A DNA stretch of 64,000 bases, from contig CALCQJ010000122.1 in the NCBI GenBank assembly GCA_937894845.1, positions 2,660 through 66,659 of the forward strand, written 5' to 3'. Source of the DNA: an uncultured Clostridia bacterium. GTDB taxonomy: Bacteria > Bacillota > Clostridia > Oscillospirales > Acutalibacteraceae. The position numbers and the translations under genes were made by a program. This document shows, piece by piece, positions 1-9,021 of this stretch; within the stretch, counting starts at the first letter, position 1; the number at the start of each line of letters is the position of its first letter. Below the pieces are notes generated by a model that made no database searches, was not told where the DNA came from, and saw nothing but the letters and a program-made list of their open reading frames with translations.

Positions 1-79
1 AAGTTAAGAAAAAGACCACGAAACAAGACGAGATAAGGAGCCTTTATTGAGTGGGAATAAAATAAATTCAAGGTGGTAA

Positions 80-536
80 ATGATGAGTTTATTAACACTT
101 GCAAGTGCACAATCGGTTTGGCGTGGTTATGAGTATTTTAAAGAAAGAAATATATTAACTTTTAATAAAATCAGCAATACAAGAAATACGAGGAAGATTA
201 AGAGGGAATGGTAATAAGCATTATGATGTGTTTATTGATATTGAGCATCCGAGAAAATCCAAGTGCAATTGCCCACATGCCGATGGAAAAAGAATAATCT
301 GCAAGCATATGATATCCTTGTATTTTTCTGTTTTTCCTAAAGAAGCGAAAAAATACCATGATGAAGTAATAGCGTATGAAATAGAGGAAGAAAAACGCCA
401 AGAAGAGTTAGAGCATAAAATTATTAATTACATTGGACAACTAAAAATAGATGAACTTAAAAATCTTATTCTTGAAATTCTATATGATGGTCCTGAGTGG
501 CAATATGAAAGATTTGTGCGAACATTCATAGAATAA
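80..536 (+). pseudogene. SWIM zinc-finger domain protein whose reading frame is split by an apparent 1-nt frameshift
   Basis: SD aaggtgg precedes the ATG at 80. Frame A (80-214) reads MMSLLTLASAQSVWRGYEYFKERNILTFNKISNT... and stops at 212-214. Frame B is open from 159 and continues ...GRLRGNGNKHYDVFIDIEHPRKSKCNCPHADGKRIICKHM, which contains a CxCx9CxH SWIM signature. Frame B has only a GTG at 228 as its own start and no SD. Confidence 0.45.
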
Positions 537-969
537 ATTTTAATACTTTTAATTCAAATAATAAATATCTATGGTTTATATGATAGCAACCAAGTGATAG
601 CTATTAGATAGCAGAAGTCAATAGTTGAAAAATAGCTTTAAAGTTTACATCTAATTCAATGAGCAAGTCAGTGTGTGAATGTCTTAAATCAATGCCTTTA
701 CACCTGTTGCCTTGGTTGCCTTGCTCCTTTTTAGTTTGTTTTTGATTGACGTTTATTTGTATAGTCACTAAAAAGCATTTAATCTGGTTTATACTTATAA
801 AGGATACATATTTAGCGATTAGATTAATCAGAAATTCAGGGAATGTAATCACTCGATTAGATTTTGTTTTAGTCGTTGTGATTGCATTTTTCCTTCTCTA
901 ATTCCCCAATATTTATTAACTTTTTTAGATGAACTGAATAAGATGGCGGCCAGTTGCAATAAAAAGATA

Positions 970-2292
970 TTAATAGTTTAACTCTTTTCGCCTTTTGCGG
1001 AACCTTGCCACAGCCTCACTGTATTCTGAATTATCGATAACGTTAGCGGTTTCGTTGGGATCATTTTCTAAGTCAATCAGCACCTCCGGAAAATCTGAAT
1101 AATAGTGATATTTAAGGTTATCCTGTTTTATCATTAAACATACGCCTTCAAACTGAGAGATAGCCTCGTTATCCCAATCCTCGGATTTTCCCTTAAGTAA
1201 AGGAACAAGGCTTCTGCTATCAAGACCCTGTGGTATAGGAATACCGCATATATCACATAAAGTGGCGAAAATATCGCAGAGGCTCACATTTTGATTTATT
1301 ATCTTTTTTTCGCCGAACTTAGCTGGATAACGGATGATAAGTGGAACCCTTGCGCTTCCTTCAAAAAACTTCTGCTTTTCCCATACTCCATGCTGACCTA
1401 GCATTTCTCCGTGATCGGCGGCATAGATTACCAGCCAGTTGTCAATATCCTCTCCTACGGCCACAAGCTTATCGAGAACCTCAGCAAATAAATCATCAAC
1501 AGTTTCAATCATTCCGTAATATGCTGCGGTGGCACGGCGGATATCCCGCTCTGTTACATCGACGCCCGGTATAACTCTCCTGGTACCGCCAAGGAATGGA
1601 TGATCAAAGGGCCTCTCTTTTATGTAGGGCTTAACGCGGTTCAAATAATAATTAAACTTTTCTTCAATTGCAAGGTAAGGATAATGAGGCTGTACAAGGC
1701 TTATTTTTAAAAGCAGAGGATTATCACGCTTTTCTCTGTCCCACCAGGAGCTGTTAAAGTAGTTGTCTATAAAATTTATTGCTCCGGTAACAGTATAACG
1801 ATCTGTTACATAACCGGAATTGCCTATTCCGGCTCTCATAATTTCCTTTGAATCCGACCATTTCTGGTTTACTGGCTTCCTTTTTGTTTGTGCCATAATT
1901 CTGCCTTTAAGAAAGGAGGGGGAGATTATTGCATCAGAGCCTATCCTTGTCATCCATCCCTGCATTTGATCTTCACCCCTGTGGCTTAGCTTGCCGCAGG
2001 CAACTGTATCGTAACCGTAGAGGGATAGTTGGCGTGCAAAGGTCATATAGTTTGGTGGAAGATCTTGGCTCCCATGCTCAACCCCGCAGGTTCTCGGAAA
2101 TTGACCTGCCATTAGGCATTGTCTGCCCGGTATGCAGACAGGCGAGGGAGTATATGCGTTGGTAAAAACAGCTCCGGTTTCAGCAAGCATATCCAGCGTT
2201 TTTGTTCGAATAACGGGATTGCCGCCAAAGCCTGTTACATCTGCCCGATGCTCATCACTCATCAGAAATAAAATATTTGGTTTATCATTCAT
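970..2292 (-). CDS. Cys-type sulfatase (formylglycine-dependent), predicted cytoplasmic
   Basis: 440 aa. The N-terminus has ILFLMSDEHR and the formylglycine signature C-I-P-G-R (nt 2122-2136 on the minus strand). There is no signal peptide. SD GGAGG lies upstream of the ATG. Confidence 0.85.
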   Translation of the reverse strand: MNDKPNILFLMSDEHRADVTGFGGNPVIRTKTLDMLAETGAVFTNAYTPSPVCIPGRQCLMAGQFPRTCGVEHGSQDLPPNYMTFARQLSLYGYDTVACGKLSHRGEDQMQGWMTRIGSDAIISPSFLKGRIMAQTKRKPVNQKWSDSKEIMRAGIGNSGYVTDRYTVTGAINFIDNYFNSSWWDREKRDNPLLLKISLVQPHYPYLAIEEKFNYYLNRVKPYIKERPFDHPFLGGTRRVIPGVDVTERDIRRATAAYYGMIETVDDLFAEVLDKLVAVGEDIDNWLVIYAADHGEMLGQHGVWEKQKFFEGSARVPLIIRYPAKFGEKKIINQNVSLCDIFATLCDICGIPIPQGLDSRSLVPLLKGKSEDWDNEAISQFEGVCLMIKQDNLKYHYYSDFPEVLIDLENDPNETANVIDNSEYSEAVARFRKRRKELNY

Positions 2293-2515
2293 CTATTAGA
2301 CCTCCAACTCTATTAATACTGTTTCTTGTTAAAAATATAGAAATAGCTTTACAGGGATTTTTTTGCTTAGCAAGGCGGAGAAGGGAGGAAGGCTGTCGCC
2401 TGCCGACCGACGACAACGTAGCTAAACGGAAAAAGTCCGGGAAGTATTCTATGTTTTTAATGAGAATCAGTATAAATTGTGACAAAAATATTATTATTGC
2501 ATGGCTTATCTGCTG

Positions 2516-2544
2516 TTTGCTTTAAAAATTAACAATGGTATAAT
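2516..2544 (+). promoter_or_regulatory. Candidate sigma-A promoter for the maturase gene
   Basis: TTTGCT (2516-2521), a 17-nt spacer, then an extended -10 TGgTATAAT (2536-2544), about 60 nt upstream of the ATG at 2604. Confidence 0.4.
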
Positions 2545-2603
2545 ATTGAAACCAATTATTAGCATTTACTATGCTTTAATATTTTGAGAGAGATGAATAA
2601 TTT

Positions 2604-3701
2604 ATGAAAAGCTTTGTTGCACTTATAAAGCCGGCTTCATCATTATGTAATATGTGTTGTAATTACTGCTTTTATCATGATGTTGCAGATAATCGGAATG
2701 TTCCATCCTATGGTTTTATGGTGCAGGAAACATCACAGTGTTTAATTGATAAAATTATTAACAGCGTTTCAAGGTCGGCAACCGTAACCTTTGCATTTCA
2801 GGGCGGAGAGCCGACCTTGGCCGGCCTTCCGTTTTTCAAACACTTTGTTTATTACGCAAAGATAAAAAATGGGGGTAAATGTAGTATAAACTTTTCTATC
2901 CAGACCAATGGAATTCTGCTTGATGATAATTGGTGCAGCTTTTTATCTGAGCATAATTTTCTGGTGGGAATTTCAGTGGATTCCGGGCCGGATTTTCATG
3001 ACCGTAACCGTATTGATAAAAACGGAAAGGGCACATGGAGTATTGTTAACAGCAATATTAGGTTGTTGGACAAATATAAAGTTGATTATAATATTTTAAC
3101 GGTCATCACAAAGGATTTGGCGCGTCATCCTAAAGCTGTTTTCAATCGTTTTCTGCGTGACAAAAGGCGCTATTTGCAGTTTATTCCATGCTTAAAGCCA
3201 CTCGGCGCATGTGAGAATCAGCCGCACGATATAACGCCCCGTTTATATGCTCAATTTTTAAAATCAATATTCAGGCTTTGGGCAGAGCGCCTAACTACGG
3301 ATGACCCTGTCAGTATTCGCCAGTTTGACAATCTGCTTATGGTGACAAAAGGGTATGCGTCTGAGCAATGTGGATTATCGGGAAGCTGTATTCCTCAATT
3401 TGTGGTAGAGGCCGACGGCAGTGTGTTTCCGTGTGATTTTTATGTATTGGACAATTACATATGCGGCAATATTCATAACAATTCCATAGATGAAATTAGA
3501 CGGTCTGAAGGCGTGAAGAAGTTTTTGGCAGATGCAATACCAATGGCGGCAGAATGCAGAGATTGTCCTGTTATAGAGTATTGCAAAGGCGGTTGCAATC
3601 GGTACAGACTGTTTTATAGAGAAGAAGAGGGCTATTGTCCTAATAGAGATTTCTTGACTGAAGCTGTACCGGTTCTAAAAAGGTTGGCTGCTTTACTGTA
3701 A
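2604..3701 (+). CDS. Anaerobic sulfatase-maturating enzyme (radical SAM, SPASM-type)
   Basis: 365 aa. CX3CX2C cluster CNMCCNYC (nt 2646-2669). Cys-rich C-terminal region CGLSGSC...PCDFY...CRDCPVIEYCKGGCNRY. Divergently paired with the sulfatase. Confidence 0.85.
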   Translation: MKSFVALIKPASSLCNMCCNYCFYHDVADNRNVPSYGFMVQETSQCLIDKIINSVSRSATVTFAFQGGEPTLAGLPFFKHFVYYAKIKNGGKCSINFSIQTNGILLDDNWCSFLSEHNFLVGISVDSGPDFHDRNRIDKNGKGTWSIVNSNIRLLDKYKVDYNILTVITKDLARHPKAVFNRFLRDKRRYLQFIPCLKPLGACENQPHDITPRLYAQFLKSIFRLWAERLTTDDPVSIRQFDNLLMVTKGYASEQCGLSGSCIPQFVVEADGSVFPCDFYVLDNYICGNIHNNSIDEIRRSEGVKKFLADAIPMAAECRDCPVIEYCKGGCNRYRLFYREEEGYCPNRDFLTEAVPVLKRLAALL

Positions 3702-3754
3702 AAGGTCAGTATAAATCAGCGGCTGACAATGTGCTGTTTAAATTAAATATAGTT

Positions 3755-4867
3755 TCATTTAATCATTCCGGTTGAAAAACCATTAACCAATATAGGTGGG
3801 ATGGTTATTTTTTTTGTAAACAGGGTTTTGGTGTTTATCATTTCAGTTAAAAGCTCAAATGCACAAGAGCCCATTTTATGAGAGTCCTGTAATATATGAG
3901 TGGGCTGCTCGCCGAACCAGTCAAAAAGCCCGATTCTGTCTATGTTGATAATTGAAAAATCGTCAGGAGAGGAAAAACCGCATTTGTTAATAATACTGCT
4001 GACAAGCTTATAATCATAAATACTAAGACATATAAATGAAGTAGCCAATTTGGTTTTGATTATATGCTCTAATTGCTTAATATTTTCCTTAGAATAAAGC
4101 TGGGTTAAAATTAAGGACGGATCTATCATAATATTGTTTTCAGCCATTTCCGACAAAAAACCATCAACCCTGCATGAAATGGAGGTTGTTGGCATTGGAG
4201 TGTGAGAGCATATGCAGATTTTTTTATGGCCGAGCTTGATAAGATGCGAGGTTGCAATTTGGGTAGCCGCTTTATTATCAGTTTGAACGCAGCTAAGACC
4301 TAATCCCGGCAAATCTCTGTCAATAAGTACTACCGGCAGTCCGGCGTTTGCAAGCACTATTAATTTTTTGTTATAAGTTTCTTGATTTGAGGGATAAAGA
4401 ATGATGCCGGATGTGTTTTGAGTGCTGATATAATTAATCAAGTCCTCTTCTTTTTCAATGTTATTCAATGAATAAAATAAAGAGCAATATATATCCGCTT
4501 TGTTGGCTGCATCAACAACCGATTGTGCCAATTTGATTGAGTAATGATCTGCCACGCCAGGCAGGATAAAAGATATATGCTTTGCAGATGATTGTACAAG
4601 ATTGTTGTCGGAATTATTAATTACCTGGGCATCTGAATGCAATTCTGAAACAAATGAGCCTTTTCCCGGAATGCGGGTAATTATTCCATTATTTGCAAGA
4701 CGGGTAAGGGAATTTACCACCACAATACGGCTAACCTTAAATTGCTCCATCAGTTCACTTTCTGACGGAATACGGCTGCCGGGCATATACTCATTGTTCT
4801 GAATTTTTTGTTGAATATAGTTCATAATTTGCATATATTTAGGAATTGTTTGTTTTGCTGTTTTCAT
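3755..4867 (-). CDS. GntR-family HTH regulator fused to a LacI/PBP1-type sugar-binding domain
   Basis: 370 aa. N-terminal winged-helix motif (IPSESELMEQFKVSRIVVVNSLTRLANNGIITRIPGKGSFV) followed by a periplasmic-binding-protein-like domain. SD GGGAGA. Divergent from the transport operon. Confidence 0.8.
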   Translation of the reverse strand: MKTAKQTIPKYMQIMNYIQQKIQNNEYMPGSRIPSESELMEQFKVSRIVVVNSLTRLANNGIITRIPGKGSFVSELHSDAQVINNSDNNLVQSSAKHISFILPGVADHYSIKLAQSVVDAANKADIYCSLFYSLNNIEKEEDLINYISTQNTSGIILYPSNQETYNKKLIVLANAGLPVVLIDRDLPGLGLSCVQTDNKAATQIATSHLIKLGHKKICICSHTPMPTTSISCRVDGFLSEMAENNIMIDPSLILTQLYSKENIKQLEHIIKTKLATSFICLSIYDYKLVSSIINKCGFSSPDDFSIINIDRIGLFDWFGEQPTHILQDSHKMGSCAFELLTEMINTKTLFTKKITIPPILVNGFSTGMIK

Positions 4868-4886
4868 ATTATATCTCCCAATAAAA

Positions 4887-4979
4887 TAACATATTAATTT
4901 TATATCTGAATTATAACATGTTGCATTATTTAAATCAATGACATATTAACATGTTATTATAGATTTTTTTACATGTGTT
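4887..4979. promoter_or_regulatory. Array of T(A/G/T)ACAT(G/A)T(T/G)(A/G) palindromic boxes, a candidate operator
   Basis: TAACATATTA 4887-4896, TAACATGTTG 4914-4923, TGACATATTA 4939-4948, perfect palindrome TAACATGTTA 4947-4956, TTACATGTGT 4970-4979. A further TGACATATAG sits at 5161-5170, next to the RBS of the first transport gene. Confidence 0.45.
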
Positions 4980-5182
4980 TTTATTTAATTGCTATAATTA
5001 ACCAAATAAGTTATTAATAATTCACAAATATAAATATTTATGTTAAAATATTTAGCTAACCTCTTTACAAAAGTAAATAATTATGCTATTATTTTTTTGC
5101 GCTAAAAATCATAACTAATGGTTTGAAGTTATAAGATATAAACAGTTGGTAATATTAATATGACATATAGGGAGAGAAAGTC

Positions 5183-8092
5183 ATGATTTGCCTTTGCAGT
5201 TCCCGGAAAAAAGGTTTTATATGCATATTGATTGTCTTTATATTATTATTTTCCAATGGCAGATATTTTTTTTCTAAAGCAACCGGAAACAAATTATCTG
5301 AAAGGTTCCCATCTTATCATTCTTCAGATGGATCGGATGCGAAAGATTATTATCTAAACTATCTTTCGCAAATAGCAGACCATGAAATATATCCTGATAA
5401 ACAAATTAACATAAGCGTTTTGGATGCTTTGACCAGCCAGGGGAAAGTGCCTGTTTTGCACCGTAATGGAGAACCGGTGCTTGATTGGAGTAAGGATACT
5501 TTGGAATGGGTGCAATGGTCTTTTAATATTCCGAAAGCTGGTCTTTATAATATTGAAATAGATTATCGTGCGCTAAAGGGTACCGTGGAATCACCAAGGC
5601 GCAGCCTTGAAATTGACGGAGGTAAAATTGATTTCCACGAGCTTTCTAATATAGTTTTCCCGCGCTGCTGGTATGATGACGGCAAGCCTTGGATAAATGT
5701 GCTGGGTGATCAGGTAAGACCCAAGCAATCAGAAAAATTCATCAGACAGGCAATGAAAATTGAAGATTCGCTGGGTAAATATGATGAACCGCTGAAGTTT
5801 TATTTTGAATCCGGGAATCACACAATAAAGTTAAGCTACATACAAGAACCTATCGAACTGTATGGTGTTAAGATTTTACCTGCTGTACAAATAAAAAGCT
5901 ATGATGAGGTGCTTGTCGGCTGGAAAAAACTTGGCTATAAAGAGGCATTCAGGCAAATCAAGATAGATGCGGAATCACCGATAAAAAAGACTGAATCTTC
6001 TCTGCGTCTTGAATTTTCAGCTGACCCACTGGCAGATCCGGTATCAAGCGGAAATACAGTTTTTAATGCGATTGGGGGTTCCGGTTGGAACAAGGGAAAT
6101 CAGGGAATTATGTGGGAGTTTGATGTAGCTGAAAGCGGTTTATACTGTATCGACTTTCGCATGTTTCAAAAATATAACGACGGATTATCCTCTTTCAGGC
6201 AGATTTTGTTTGACGGCAAGGTTCCTTACCGTGAATTTCTATGCTATGAGTTCAAATATGGTGGATGGCAGGATGTAAGGGCAAAGAGCGACAGCGGGGA
6301 ACCTTTATTAATTTATCTTGAAGAAGGTAAACATACCCTTGAGATGAAAGTCAAGATTTCTGAATATACAGAGATCCTTTACGAGATGGAACAAACTCTG
6401 AGCCTTTTTTCAAAGGTAATTCAAAATATCATAATGATTACTGGAATTACTCCTGATACAAATTTTGATTATAAGTTTTTTGAAAAGCTACCATGGCTTG
6501 AGGAAACACTTAGTGAGATTTCATTAAGCCTTCAAAGGCAAATAGAAGGTCTGACTAAATCACTTAATAAAATTCCGGGGCCTGTAAATAGCCTTTCAAC
6601 AATCAAATACCGAGTAGATAAAATGAGAAATAATCCGTTTCTCATAGCAGCAAATCTGGATTACCTTATAGATGAACAAACGACTTTATCCTCATGGATC
6701 AGAGGATTTAATAATTTGCCGTTAACGCTGGATTACATATTGCTGAACAATCCTAAAAGTAAGGCTGAGAGCAAAAAAGCACATGCTTTTCAGGTTATCT
6801 GGTTTGCAGTCCGCAATTTCTATCAGTCCTTTTTTCGTGATTATGACTTTGTTGCAGGTGAAAATGCTAACGGTGAAGAGATAAAGACAATTAATGCATG
6901 GATATCCAGAGGTAAGGACTGGGGCGAAATTATCAAGCAGATTGCTGATGAGGATTTTACAAAAAGGACAGGCATAAATATTAAAATGAATATTCTGCCC
7001 GCGGGTCAGCTTGGCACAAGTGGAGTAATGCTGCTTGCTGTAGCTTCCGGAACGGCGCCTGACCTTGTTTTGGGCTCACAAGGTACGGTGCCTGCCGAGT
7101 ATGGTATGCGCGGAGTTCTTGTGGATTTACGGACCATGCATAATTATGATGAGATAGCCGGAAGGTTTGCAGAGGGCGTTATGATGCCTTACCGTTTTAA
7201 GGACAGTATATATGCGCTTCCAGAAACAATGGATTTTTCGGTGATGTTTTACAGAAAGGATATTTTATCATCTTTTAACTTGAAGCCTCCCGATACATGG
7301 GATGAGCTATACAGAGATGTATTGCCTGTTCTGAAACGAAATGGAATGGACTTTTGGTATGAGGGTGGCATTATAACCTTCCTGTTTCAGCATGGGGGCA
7401 GTATGTACAGCAAGGATGGTCTGAAATCAGCTCTCGATACGCAGGAGGCATTTGAAGCCTTTGGAAAATATGCTAATCTTTACAGAATTTATGATGTTCC
7501 TGTTTCTGCTAACTTTTATACACGCTTTCGTGCAGGTCAGATGCCTATAGGCATAAGCAGCTTTAATACATATCTTCTGCTCACCTCCGCTGCGCCGGAA
7601 TTAAACGGGAAGTGGGATGTAACACTTATTCCCGGCACTGTTCGTGAGGACGGCACAATTGACCGAAGTGATTCTGCTTCATCTTCTGCTACAATGATTT
7701 TCAACTCTTCACAATTGATTAACGAGTCTTGGAAATTTCTTGAGTGGTATACCAGTGCGGAGATTCAGACCCGGTATGCCGGCGATCTTGTAGCTTATAT
7801 CGGGCCTGAGGCAAAATGGTTTTCAGCTAATATTGAGTCCTTCGATGCCCTTTCCTGGGATAACAATCTTAAAAGGGTGGTAAAGGAGCAGCGTAAATGG
7901 TGTAAGGGCGTTCCAAGTGTAGTGGGCGGCTATATCACATCGCGGCATATTGAAAATGCGAGGGTTCGTGCAGTTGTACAGGGCAAGAATTACAGAGAAT
8001 CACTTGAAAGGGCCGCCAAGGATATAAACAGGGAGCTCGGACTAAAAAATAAAGAGTTTCAGCGCAGAATTCAGCAAAGCATTAGTGGGTGA
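5183..8092 (+). CDS. Giant membrane-anchored extracellular solute-binding protein: two CBM-like beta-sandwich modules, a helical spacer and an ABC family-1 SBP domain
   Basis: 969 aa. N-terminal anchor FICILIVFILLF. Two internally similar modules (GLYNIEIDYR...GNHTIKLSY and GLYCIDFRMF...GKHTLEMKV). The C-terminal ~400 aa are SBP-like (INAWISRGKDWG...APDLVLG...YALPETMDF). SD AGGGAGAG. Confidence 0.7.
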   Translation: MICLCSSRKKGFICILIVFILLFSNGRYFFSKATGNKLSERFPSYHSSDGSDAKDYYLNYLSQIADHEIYPDKQINISVLDALTSQGKVPVLHRNGEPVLDWSKDTLEWVQWSFNIPKAGLYNIEIDYRALKGTVESPRRSLEIDGGKIDFHELSNIVFPRCWYDDGKPWINVLGDQVRPKQSEKFIRQAMKIEDSLGKYDEPLKFYFESGNHTIKLSYIQEPIELYGVKILPAVQIKSYDEVLVGWKKLGYKEAFRQIKIDAESPIKKTESSLRLEFSADPLADPVSSGNTVFNAIGGSGWNKGNQGIMWEFDVAESGLYCIDFRMFQKYNDGLSSFRQILFDGKVPYREFLCYEFKYGGWQDVRAKSDSGEPLLIYLEEGKHTLEMKVKISEYTEILYEMEQTLSLFSKVIQNIIMITGITPDTNFDYKFFEKLPWLEETLSEISLSLQRQIEGLTKSLNKIPGPVNSLSTIKYRVDKMRNNPFLIAANLDYLIDEQTTLSSWIRGFNNLPLTLDYILLNNPKSKAESKKAHAFQVIWFAVRNFYQSFFRDYDFVAGENANGEEIKTINAWISRGKDWGEIIKQIADEDFTKRTGINIKMNILPAGQLGTSGVMLLAVASGTAPDLVLGSQGTVPAEYGMRGVLVDLRTMHNYDEIAGRFAEGVMMPYRFKDSIYALPETMDFSVMFYRKDILSSFNLKPPDTWDELYRDVLPVLKRNGMDFWYEGGIITFLFQHGGSMYSKDGLKSALDTQEAFEAFGKYANLYRIYDVPVSANFYTRFRAGQMPIGISSFNTYLLLTSAAPELNGKWDVTLIPGTVREDGTIDRSDSASSSATMIFNSSQLINESWKFLEWYTSAEIQTRYAGDLVAYIGPEAKWFSANIESFDALSWDNNLKRVVKEQRKWCKGVPSVVGGYITSRHIENARVRAVVQGKNYRESLERAAKDINRELGLKNKEFQRRIQQSISG

Positions 8093-8093
8093 G

Positions 8094-9011
8094 ATGATGA
8101 GAACCATGATTTTAAAAAGAAAATACAGTAGATATGAGATTAAAGAACGCCTGATTGCTGTTGCTTTTTTCCTTCCCTTTTTTGTTCTGTTTATTCTGTT
8201 TACTATAATACCTGTTATATCTGCACTGTTTCTTAGCCTCACAAATTATAGTGTTGTTCAAAGCCCCATTTTTATTGGGCTTGAGAATTACCAATATCTA
8301 TTTACGGAGGATAATGTATTCCTGAAAGCCATAGTAAACACTTTTTCATTTGCTGTTATTTCGGGTGTGTTTGGGTATGCACTTTCGTTTTTGGTAGCCT
8401 GGATAATAAGCAATTTAAAATTTAAAACTACATTTGCTCTTGCTTTTTACGCACCGTCCATAACAAGCGGCATTGCGATGTCTGTTGTTTGGCTGTACTT
8501 TTTCTCTTCGGACAGTTATGGAATATTTAATAATGCTTTAATGCAATTGGGCCTTATAAATGAACCAATTTTGTGGACACAGGATCCCGATCTTATCCTG
8601 CCGGTTGTTGTTATTGTTTCAATTTGGATGGGTATGGGCATGGGATTTCTAGGGTTTCTGGCAGGTTTTCAGAATCTTTCCAAGGAGATATTCGAGGCCG
8701 GGGCGATTGACGGAATACGCAACAAATATCAGGAGCTTATCTATCTTGTATTGCCATTAATGAAGCCTATGCTCTTGTTCGGTGCGGTAACCTCTGTTGT
8801 CAGTGCTTTCAGCATCTATGATGTACCATTGACACTTGTCGGCAGTCCCGGTCCCGAAAATGCAGGGCTTACACTTGTAGGGCACATAAATGATTATGCC
8901 TTTACCCGCATGGATATTGGTTACGGCTCAGCAGTTGCAGTTTTTCTATTTAGTATTACTTTCATAATAGGACGCATTCTGTTTAGGGTGCTTTCTTCTA
9001 AGGATGAATAG
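8094..9011 (+). CDS. Carbohydrate ABC transporter permease (MalF-like)
   Basis: Multi-TM protein with EAA loop EAGAIDGIRNKYQELIYLVLPLMKP. Its ORF overlaps the stop of the upstream gene. The start is ambiguous among 8085 (GTG), 8094, 8097 and 8106. Confidence 0.8.
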   Translation: MMRTMILKRKYSRYEIKERLIAVAFFLPFFVLFILFTIIPVISALFLSLTNYSVVQSPIFIGLENYQYLFTEDNVFLKAIVNTFSFAVISGVFGYALSFLVAWIISNLKFKTTFALAFYAPSITSGIAMSVVWLYFFSSDSYGIFNNALMQLGLINEPILWTQDPDLILPVVVIVSIWMGMGMGFLGFLAGFQNLSKEIFEAGAIDGIRNKYQELIYLVLPLMKPMLLFGAVTSVVSAFSIYDVPLTLVGSPGPENAGLTLVGHINDYAFTRMDIGYGSAVAVFLFSITFIIGRILFRVLSSKDE

Positions 9012-9021
9012 GGTGAGAATA

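Noticed and set aside
604-852. 82-aa minus-strand ORF in the 433-nt AT-rich gap after the SWIM gene
   Set aside because: No SD and no recognisable motif. Its length is in the range expected by chance in AT-rich DNA. I left the region as unannotated intergenic.
1-970. Mobility genes or attachment sites marking the island borders (also examined 31.8-32.8 kb and 46.8-48.8 kb)
   Set aside because: I found no integrase, transposase, tRNA gene or matching direct repeats. The island interpretation therefore rests only on composition and gene content.
2365-2445. GC- and purine-rich patch (GGCGGAGAAGGGAGGAAGGCTGTCGCCTGCCGACCGACGAC...) inside the AT-rich divergent sulfatase/maturase promoter region, considered as a riboswitch or sRNA
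   Set aside because: Only a weak AGGCG/CGCCT hairpin can be drawn, and I cannot match it to any riboswitch consensus. It could be a gene remnant. It is worth an Rfam scan but is not supportable from sequence alone.
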